In this document: in pieces, positions 46,739 through 55,300 of the stretch
How the letters are laid out: each line of letters starts with the position of its first letter
Numbering within the stretch: the stretch's first letter is position 1
From: Candidatus Helarchaeota archaeon
GTDB lineage: Archaea; Asgardarchaeota; Lokiarchaeia; Helarchaeales; RDOG01
Reading direction: 5' to 3'
Assembly (NCBI GenBank): GCA_029838215.1
Contig: JALGVI010000004.1
Coordinates: 1-59,633 of the forward strand
DNA: 59,633 nucleotides
Made by a program: the position numbers and the translations under genes
The notes under the pieces: model-generated
Told to the model about the DNA's origin: nothing
Database searches by the model: none
Seen by the model: only the letters and a program-made list of their open reading frames with translations

Positions 46739-48291
46739 ATGAAGCATCTACGGAACAAATTCAAATGGACATTATTGACACGATAAAGAAACTCGAGAAC
46801 TTTTGGAATATTTATAGGGGTGGTCACGGATTAGCTGGATATCTAAAGGTCTTGGATCAGCGTTATTATGTCGAATTCATTTTCTTAAAAGATTTTAAAG
46901 AACCCTTCAAATTTTTTGGACCCGTTGAATTGCAAGAATTATTTAGTAGTTATTTTAATGAGCAGAGAAAACGCGGCTCCTTATTCAGCATTCGGGATTT
47001 CATGAGCGGAGTAATGCGCATTTTTAACAATTACTGCAATGAACATGAGAACGTTTTGAAGAATGAGTATGAGTTAATCAAGTCCAACTATCGCATCGAA
47101 AAGATTAACGACAAGATATATCACATTAAAGTGATTCTTCCATATAAAAATATTTATACTTTTACAATTTTCTTTCAAAATTATCCTTCAATTCCTGAAA
47201 TACAATTTGATGAATTGCTTTCCAATGAAATTGGACCATTTGAGAATTTCGAAATATTAAGGGAATGGAACCGTCTTCAACCTCCGAGAATCGTTGAAAT
47301 TACTAATAAAATAAAACAAATACTACTCGAGAAAATACACGCTCATCCCGGTTTTGGACTGGTAAAAGCCGATAAATTAAAGATTGATTTAAAAGAACAA
47401 ACATTCGGTTCCGTTGATTTCTTTGTATTTAAAGGAGAGACTCTTGGAATATATTGTTTAAATAACAAGTTGATTTGGAATTTTTTTAAGTTTTTGACAA
47501 GTAATGACTCATTTTCTGGCAAGATACAGTTTTTTGAACGACCCGCTAATGATAGGAATCGAATCTGCAGCATCATTGAGTCTCACGTTAACACTGAAGG
47601 TATTGAGAATTACGAACTTGAGGCAAGTCTTGATAAACAGGCCCCCGAGATTGATAAAAAAGTCAAATCGCGGTTAATTCCGCGCGTCCTCAAGGCTTGT
47701 GGGCTTATAAATCAAAAAAAGATGAAATTAAAGGATTTGACAAAAGGTCAGGAACTGCGGCATGATATAGCACTTCACGCCCTCAAGGGATATGAAGTCT
47801 TGCTTTTTTCCAATCCGGAATTGGGTTTGAACACGACCGAGGTCAAGAAATTTTTTGATTGTTTGAGAAGAGTGAACCAAGAGTTTAACATCACGATTCT
47901 TCTTCACTCTCATGAAGAATCTTTACGATCTTGCGACCGCATTTTGGTGATGGATGAAAAAGGAAGGCAAGTTGGCTTTGGAACTCTTGCCGAATTATTT
48001 CGAACATTTCCATTAGGTGAATTTGATCCCATTATAGTGGTTCAAGTTAACAAGGTAAGAGCGGGACTTATTGATGATTTAACCAAAGTTCCCGGTCTCC
48101 TTCTAATGATTGAAGAACGCAAGAATGAAAAATATCATTTATTCTTCAAAGAGAACCATGATGAAAAAATTCAAATAATATATGACAAGATTGGGGATGA
48201 TATCTTTAATCTTGAGATGAGTTCCCCAACATTGTTTGATTACTTGAGATATAGCCAACAAAGAAAACATTTCGAATCGAGAAATAATTAA
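46735..48291 (+). CDS. Fusion: tandem UBC/RWD-like (no catalytic Cys) domains plus a degenerate ABC ATPase
   Basis: YTFTIFFQNYPSIPEIQF...ILREWNRLQPPRIVEI fits the E2/RWD YPxxP motif. The NBD scaffold has lost Walker A (GIYCLNNKL), signature (LTKGQ) and Walker B (LLFSNP) residues. Confidence 0.7.
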   Translation: MNEASTEQIQMDIIDTIKKLENFWNIYRGGHGLAGYLKVLDQRYYVEFIFLKDFKEPFKFFGPVELQELFSSYFNEQRKRGSLFSIRDFMSGVMRIFNNYCNEHENVLKNEYELIKSNYRIEKINDKIYHIKVILPYKNIYTFTIFFQNYPSIPEIQFDELLSNEIGPFENFEILREWNRLQPPRIVEITNKIKQILLEKIHAHPGFGLVKADKLKIDLKEQTFGSVDFFVFKGETLGIYCLNNKLIWNFFKFLTSNDSFSGKIQFFERPANDRNRICSIIESHVNTEGIENYELEASLDKQAPEIDKKVKSRLIPRVLKACGLINQKKMKLKDLTKGQELRHDIALHALKGYEVLLFSNPELGLNTTEVKKFFDCLRRVNQEFNITILLHSHEESLRSCDRILVMDEKGRQVGFGTLAELFRTFPLGEFDPIIVVQVNKVRAGLIDDLTKVPGLLLMIEERKNEKYHLFFKENHDEKIQIIYDKIGDDIFNLEMSSPTLFDYLRYSQQRKHFESRNN

Positions 48292-48310
48292 AAATCTTGT
48301 GGGATTTTCG

Positions 48311-49183
48311 ATGATTAAGAATCTGTTCATATTACGGGAAAATGGTGAATTTCTTTATTCAAAAACATTTGCAGAAGGAGCTTACGTGGATAAGCAGATA
48401 CTCTTGGGTTTTGTAATGTCTGCAATTCACTTTTCTAAAGAAACATTCCAGGGAATTATTCGTAAGATCGATTTACCAATCGGACAGCTCGTGATTTACC
48501 GAGACACTTATACAAAACTCCTTGCCACGTGTATTGCAACTGAGAGAGATGAGTTATCGTTGGTGGAAAAGGTACTTGGAGAAATTGTAGATCAGTTTGT
48601 CGAAAGATATCAAAGCAAGTTAGACTCAATTAATATTGAATCCACTCGTGATTTCGATCTTATTGCAAAAAGGTTGGCGTCAGCAAAAATCAAACAGCGC
48701 GGCATATTGGAGATTTTGATTGGGATAGGTGTTGCTTTCGGATGTTCCATTCCTCTTATAATTCTAAGTGCTGTTGTATTAAGCATTCCCTTAATATCTC
48801 TATTTGATGAGATTTCATATTATCTTTCCTTGCCTTCACTTGGTGGTGTTCATTCTGAGCAACTTTTACCGCTTATTTTTGGCTTGTATTCTCTCCAAAT
48901 CTTTTTCGTCATTTTCCTAATTCCGATTCCTTCATTTTTAGGAGGTTATTTTGCCGGTTCAAAATGGAATGGTGCAATTTCTACTTCAGCCTTCATTGTA
49001 ACAATTCCCATCACGTGTTTCATTGGTGTAATGGCTTTTAGTGGTGAAACAGTGATTGCAATAACGGCAACTTTCATGTTCATTCTCTCTCTCGCCAGTT
49101 TGCCCCTAATGGTAATTTTTGGTATTGTTTTCGGATTTCTCGGAGGAATGCTCAAGGAAAAAAATGCTTTATTTCCGACATGA
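48311..49183 (+). CDS. Longin-domain protein with about 4 C-terminal TM helices
   Basis: MIKNLFILRENGEFLYSKTF...ILLGFVMSAIHFSKETF...LVIYRD...LLATCIA...LGEIVDQFVERY is a classic longin pattern, followed by hydrophobic segments. Confidence 0.8.
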   Translation: MIKNLFILRENGEFLYSKTFAEGAYVDKQILLGFVMSAIHFSKETFQGIIRKIDLPIGQLVIYRDTYTKLLATCIATERDELSLVEKVLGEIVDQFVERYQSKLDSINIESTRDFDLIAKRLASAKIKQRGILEILIGIGVAFGCSIPLIILSAVVLSIPLISLFDEISYYLSLPSLGGVHSEQLLPLIFGLYSLQIFFVIFLIPIPSFLGGYFAGSKWNGAISTSAFIVTIPITCFIGVMAFSGETVIAITATFMFILSLASLPLMVIFGIVFGFLGGMLKEKNALFPT

Positions 49184-49468
49184 ATCGCTAAAAATTAATA
49201 ACTACAACTCATTTTTTGAATGCGAGAAAATGAGGGAATTTTCTTGGTAATATATTCGAACTTAGAAGTCTTTAAAATAGTCTTTGATAAAATGGTGAAG
49301 GTATGTTACTTTTCTAAACTTTTTTATACTTGATAAGTTAATAAGAAAGTATTCCGTTATAAGAAGATAAAAGGGCTCAAAAATAGAGAGATAATCACTG
49401 CGAAATGAAAATTCTCATTTAAGCAAAAAATGATAAAAGGAAAATAATCAATATGGATCTGACCGACA

Positions 49469-50656
49469 ATGGAATTGCAGCTTGAAGACACGATAATTCT
49501 TATCGATACCAGTAGGAGCATGTTTCGAAAAGACTTTGATCCAAACCGGATTAGTGCCGCAAAGAAGGCAATAAAAGATTTTGTAATTTCGAAGAATCAG
49601 ATAGATGATCGCGATCAATTTGCCATCGTTACATTTTCCAGTGAAGCAAAAGTACTTTTGGAGATGACTTCTTACATTGATGACGTTTTGGATGCAATTG
49701 ATGGTATAGAAATTGGGGGAACTTCAGGTCTTGGTGAAGGATTGGCGGTAGCACTTCAACTTATCGTGAAGGAGATTCAACAGTTAGGGGAAAAGGGCTA
49801 TCGAATGTTAATTATATCAGATGGAAAGGCGTGGGGTTCAACCATAGATCCATTACGGATGAGCAAGATTGCACAAGGATTGAAAGTTAAAATTGATTGC
49901 GTTGGTCTTTCAGAATTGGGTCTTTCTTATCGCGATTCTGTCTTAGAAAGGATTTCTTCGCAGACGGGTGGTGAATACCGAAAAATCTATGATTCAAGAA
50001 GTCTGTCAGATGCTCTTACGGAGCTTTCTTCAAAGAAAGAAATCTCGCCATCAGCCCGTAAGGCAGATTCTGCAGCTGTAGGCGCTCTTTTAGAAACAAT
50101 TGCCGAAGATCTTCTTCGCCCTGCAGATTTATCAGAAGACCAATCACACCTTGTCGACCTCTTAATTGGAAAAGAAAAAAGCAAGTGTATAATTTGTTTT
50201 CAAGATATTTGCCCTATTTGTCATGGTCCTTTTTATTCTTGTGGTCGTTATTGCCCGAATTGCAAGAGTCCAATGCATCTTCATTGTGCTGCTGAGTGGG
50301 CATCCGCATCAAAAGCCGTATCAGGTGATAATGTTTTTCGTTGCACGCGTTGTTATTTCCTCTTGAAGGTTCCTGCTTCATATAGTAAGATAAAGACGTT
50401 AAAGGGAACGCATCATTATTCAGCTACAGAGCTTCAGGAAGACGATACTGCGTTATTTGTTAAAGTAAATGATTTTTCGGATGAATTGGCTGCTGCAGTT
50501 GATCCCATTTGCCATTCTATTTTTGACAACGAAGAAAATGTATATCAATGTACGAATTGTGGCACGTTTTATCATGCAGAATGTTTGGATAAGTGGCTTG
50601 AGGACAGGGCGTCTGGTGGAGCATGTCGGGTCTGCGGTAAAAAAATCACGCTTTAA
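49469..50656 (+). CDS. vWA-domain protein with two C-terminal RING/PHD-like zinc fingers
   Basis: MIDAS DTSRS...GT...SDG. Finger 1 is CIIC...CPNC...HLHC..W...CTRC. Finger 2 is DPIC...CTNC...HAEC..W...CRVC. Confidence 0.85.
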   Translation: MELQLEDTIILIDTSRSMFRKDFDPNRISAAKKAIKDFVISKNQIDDRDQFAIVTFSSEAKVLLEMTSYIDDVLDAIDGIEIGGTSGLGEGLAVALQLIVKEIQQLGEKGYRMLIISDGKAWGSTIDPLRMSKIAQGLKVKIDCVGLSELGLSYRDSVLERISSQTGGEYRKIYDSRSLSDALTELSSKKEISPSARKADSAAVGALLETIAEDLLRPADLSEDQSHLVDLLIGKEKSKCIICFQDICPICHGPFYSCGRYCPNCKSPMHLHCAAEWASASKAVSGDNVFRCTRCYFLLKVPASYSKIKTLKGTHHYSATELQEDDTALFVKVNDFSDELAAAVDPICHSIFDNEENVYQCTNCGTFYHAECLDKWLEDRASGGACRVCGKKITL

Positions 50657-50673
50657 AGCGTTGAGGCGGTTTT

Positions 50674-51795
50674 TTGAAAGAACAGAATAAATTTCCGCGT
50701 TCAGTTTTTTATTTTACAATGTTTTTCAGTCTCATTTATTTAAGCATTCTTTTTATGACAATATTCTTGGTTTCTTATAACTATTTTAACCCAAATTTTC
50801 TTGAAAATATATATCCTCCATTAAATTTTCCATTACCTCTTCTCATTCGCGGTAAATTCGCAGGGTCATCATTTATTTTAATGCTTGCTTTTTTCTTCCC
50901 TGCGATTTTCTTTTTAATTCTAGGAATTTACAAATACATGAAAGACGAGACTCTTTCATTTCAGGAGATTTTAAGTCGATCTATTCAATTCAGAATAAAT
51001 CGTGAGCAGCTTGATGCAATTTTAAAGTTTATTGGCTTTGTCTCTTTTTTTGGCATTTTAATGATAATTCCCATCATTATAGGTTACTCCATCCAAGACG
51101 TGATGAATTTTATCATCGATTTCTTCTTCATCATATTTGGTTTTGCGGGAATTTTGGTTGGGGTTTTCATCATTTCAACGTTTGGCAATTTTACCGTGGT
51201 TTTTCCCTTGCCCTATAGTTTTGTCTTGATTGCTATTGGTGTAAATTTGAGCCTGCATCTTCCTCTTCCCTTATTCATAACGTTTGGATTTTTCATTGGA
51301 ATTTTTGCAGGGCTTGGTGCCGCTATTGGGGAGACAAGTGCTTGGCTTTTAGGGCGGAGTCAATCTACCTCTTTGGAAGATTCGGAATTAGGTCGTAAGG
51401 TTTTTTCTTTAAAACAACAGATTGATAAAGGATATGGAGGGATTCTCGTTTTTGTATATGCAGCGACTCCTCTTCCTGATGACGTTCTTCTTATTGCTCT
51501 TGGTGCAACTAAATATAAAATTTGGAAAGCCATTATTTGGTGTTTTCTTGGAAAAGTCATTCTATGTTTCATAAGCGTCTTTTTAGGCGCCGTGCCAATC
51601 GTCAGTCAGATGTTTGGTGGAACAGAACCGAACCCATTTTTAGAGACGCTCTGGTTAATTATTGGTCTTGGCATTGTTTTTCTTCTCATTTACTTTCCAT
51701 ATGACGAATATATTGCGTGGTGGAAGAAAAAATTAGGTCAAATTCCGAATTGCGAGGCGGATGAGACAAACATTATTGAAGAAGAAAAAAAATAG
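50674..51795 (+). CDS. DedA/VTT (SNARE-associated) membrane protein with an N-terminal TM extension
   Basis: GLGAAIGETSAWLLGR...VFVYAATPLPDDVLLIALG...FLGK is the typical VTT signature. Confidence 0.85.
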   Translation: MKEQNKFPRSVFYFTMFFSLIYLSILFMTIFLVSYNYFNPNFLENIYPPLNFPLPLLIRGKFAGSSFILMLAFFFPAIFFLILGIYKYMKDETLSFQEILSRSIQFRINREQLDAILKFIGFVSFFGILMIIPIIIGYSIQDVMNFIIDFFFIIFGFAGILVGVFIISTFGNFTVVFPLPYSFVLIAIGVNLSLHLPLPLFITFGFFIGIFAGLGAAIGETSAWLLGRSQSTSLEDSELGRKVFSLKQQIDKGYGGILVFVYAATPLPDDVLLIALGATKYKIWKAIIWCFLGKVILCFISVFLGAVPIVSQMFGGTEPNPFLETLWLIIGLGIVFLLIYFPYDEYIAWWKKKLGQIPNCEADETNIIEEEKK

Positions 51796-51811
51796 AAAAA
51801 AGAATTGAAAT

Positions 51812-52345
51812 TTATTTTCGCATGAATGATGGTAACAATTCATTCAGGTATTTTTTAAATCGTGCAACGATGGTATCATCTTCTACTTTCCACGCTATCG
51901 AATGACTCTTCAGTAATTCTGATCCTATGAGATTTGAAGTGCAAATGGCAATATTAAAAGCATCTTTGATTATGATTGTTCCATTTACATTTGGATTCAT
52001 TGCCGGTGAGAGAAATCTGCTTGTGTCTAACATGTCATATGCTTTTTTTCCGATTTCATCAGAAATCTGGTGGCGTTCTAATGTTATAACGATAACGCTT
52101 CCGTTTATCCGTTCTGCAGCATCAATAATGAGCTGGGCGAAGTCTAGATCCATGTATCTGGTCATCACCCAGAGTTCTTTTTGAACTTCACGAATCATGT
52201 TCTCGATCATTTGCTTTAAAGTAGCGGTAGAATCAAGACCTGTCATGTAGATTTTGTAGCGACTAAGAAATGAGAGAAGCCTATCTTCTAAGACTTGATT
52301 TTCTTCCCTCAATTTTTTGATTTTTTCTTGCAATTTTTCAAACAT
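51812..52345 (-). CDS. Coiled-coil plus degenerate phospholipase-D-like domain
   Basis: N-terminal heptads, then ELWVMTRYMD...IVITLE...NVNGTIIIKD...ICTSNL, in which HxK is replaced by NGT. ATG at 52345 (alternative TTG at 52372). Confidence 0.6.
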   Translation of the reverse strand: MFEKLQEKIKKLREENQVLEDRLLSFLSRYKIYMTGLDSTATLKQMIENMIREVQKELWVMTRYMDLDFAQLIIDAAERINGSVIVITLERHQISDEIGKKAYDMLDTSRFLSPAMNPNVNGTIIIKDAFNIAICTSNLIGSELLKSHSIAWKVEDDTIVARFKKYLNELLPSFMRK

Positions 52346-52383
52346 CGGATTACTCAAGCCATTCACTTCCAAAAAAAAAAAGG

Positions 52384-55300
52384 TTATTTTTTGGCCAGTT
52401 TAATGAGTCTTTCTGCAGTATCTGGTGGAATACCCAATGCTCTAAGTTTCTTAATGGCTTCTTCTGTATTCATTTCTTTCAATTGTGTTTTTAGCAATTC
52501 AACTTCCGTGGTTGTCATACGAACCGCTTTGATTTGATTTATGACCTCTTGGAATTCGTTTTGATCTACTGCTTCTTTTGCAAATAGTGGACTTTGCGTT
52601 GCCATGCTACCCCAGTCTTTCTTAAAGATTTCCTCAAACAAGCTATCTTTAGATTTCATGACTGGTGTCGGTATGTTCTTCTTCTTCTGCTTTTCGATCC
52701 ACTTGATTGTTTCATCGATTTTCTTAATGGCATAAGGAATTCTTGCTTTCTTTACTTGAGTATATGCAATTATTGCAACGATTGGGGCAATAACAGCTAC
52801 TAATCCTATGATTACCATCAGATAGAAAATTGGTTCATCGAGACCGAGAATCTTGCGATATCCTGAATAGATTGTAATTGTTATTGATTCACTAGTGTGG
52901 TTTCCTTTTGTAATGGTAATTTGCATTGTAGTTGGTCCCGGTGTATTAGGAGCAATGAAAGAATAAGTATACGTTCCAGGACTTTCTTCCGTGAAGTTCG
53001 CATCTATTGAACCCCAATGTAATGTTATGGTCGATCCCGTCAGAGGTGCTCCTAGATAATCTGTTAGTGTAATTGTTATCGTTCCTGCTTCACCAAGAAT
53101 TTTCGAAACAAGTAATGGCGTATCCCAATTTATTGGACGTTCATTGATTGTTAGAAAGAGAACTGCTTTCTTTATTTGATAATTTGGTTTGAAGAATGTT
53201 ACCCATACAGTATAGGTTCCTGGTTCTAAGTTTTCCGTATCCAAATCAAGCACGTAGTTACCATTGCCCTGAGGATCGAGATTTCCTGAGCCGATTTGTG
53301 CTGAGCCACTGATAATCGTCCATGAGAGTGTTGTTAAATCATCCAATCCCTGGTCTGTTAGATTATTCTTGAACGTGAATGAATAATTTCTTGCGATCAT
53401 CACGTAAATTGAATCCGTAAATGCAAGATCTATTGTAGAACCATTTAGTGTCGTTGGCACGCCTAGGATTTCCAAGCTGATGTATTTAATGTCTGTAGTG
53501 TGGTTTTGTTTGGAAGCATTAAGAACTAATTGATGGACTCCTTGATCTAGTTGATCCGTGGAGAAGTTCAAGATGTAAACACCATCCACCAAGAGCGTGG
53601 AAGTAACAAATATCGTATCGTTTACGCTTGTTTCATCTTGTATCACATAGGATAGCGTCCAATCTGCCAGATTTGTGCTATTCCAAACATAACTGACGTT
53701 CATGGTAAGGTTCACGCTATAATACGTGCTAACATAGCTCTCTGCCACGATTGCTGTCGTAAGAGATGAAACCGTGAGATCAAAATTGACTGATGCTGAC
53801 GGGTAACCACCTGCGGTCTTACTTACCTCAATCGTAACCGAATACGAGCCCGCGGCTAAAAGGCTTGAATTGAAAGTCAAGTTGTAAACTCCCGCTTGAG
53901 AACCAGGTATTAAGCTTAGTGTTGTTGCTGTTGAACCATTTCCCTGATATTTGATTGTTGCAGATCCTGTTGCGCCATCAATGCCATTGGGTTTATTGGT
54001 CGAGTTGTAATGAACCAGAGTCTCAAATGTTTCTCCATAGGTTACTGTCCTACTTCCTGAAACATAAGGCGGATAGAAGTTCAAATAAGTACTCAGGGTA
54101 CCACCAAGACCCGTTGCATTCAATAGTGCGAATCGATCCGAAGTTACGGAGAAGTTACGAGTCTTATATGAAGGATCCGTGTTATCACTGCCTGTTAATG
54201 TTATGTATTCAACTTGCAGGGAATCGATATTGAGCTTGATTGAATCATTATGTTGGACTTCAAGTCGAACTATAACTTCATTGCCAAATCCCAATTCTGT
54301 ATTCACGTGATTGCGATCAAATGTCTCCGTTGCATTATTGGAGGTCGTTATTGAATTTATGTCCACGACATTGTTTCCCCAGTCACCAATGGAATAATCC
54401 CATACTTTTAGATAAGCATGATCTGTAGCGGATGTATTTAGAAATCCCCAGTATGAAACATTGATCTTACAAATTGTATTATAGTCAAGTACTGATGAAG
54501 TGAAATAAATGTCTACGATCGTTGTATTGTCTATGGTTGAGTTTGATTCAATTACCCAATAGTTGCTATCTGTAGAATTAATGTTGTGTTCCGAAGTCGT
54601 TCCGCTCGTATCGTTGAATCCTTGTTCAATAATCGTTTGAGAATAATTCTCGAATCCATCGTAATATAATGCCATTTCTTCAAATGTTAATTGCGTGCCA
54701 AAGGATTCTATTTGCACGGAATAATTGAAGGTACTATCTGTTGCATTCCAAATGAGTGTTGCCACGCCTTCAGAGTCTGTAGTAACATTTGCAAGTAACT
54801 CACCTGTAGAGCTATTTGTAAAGCTAACAATGGCGTTTTCTAAATAATTCTCTTCGATAATTTCATCGGGACAGGTACGATTACTTTCATACGCTACTTG
54901 AACTTGGAATTTAACAAGATCTAATGTAACGGAATATATTGATGTTTCTGAATCTATTTGAATTGTCGTGGTTTTAGAATAAATCAGAGAACTATTTTTT
55001 GGGACTGTATATGATACAATAATTTCGTACGTGCCTTTTAAAATTCGTGAAAAACTCGAAGTCAGACCATCCGTGCCTGTTGTCTTGCTCTCATTATAGA
55101 GTTCAACCTCAAATGATGAATTTATTCTGGTTGCATTGATGATGGTTACGTTTGCGCCAGGTATTGGATTTCCGCTGAGATCAATAGCTTTTACCTTTAG
55201 GTCAAACCATTGTGATTCGGCTTGCAATGTCTTGTTCGTTTGTAAATCTGCGAACAATCCTAGTCCATTGTTTCCATCTTCAGTAGTTAAATTTTGTTTT

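Noticed and set aside
49469-50656. Direct TFIIH p44/Ssl1 ortholog
   Set aside because: The MIDAS motif is intact and the finger spacing differs. The resemblance is architectural and cannot be called orthology without a phylogeny.
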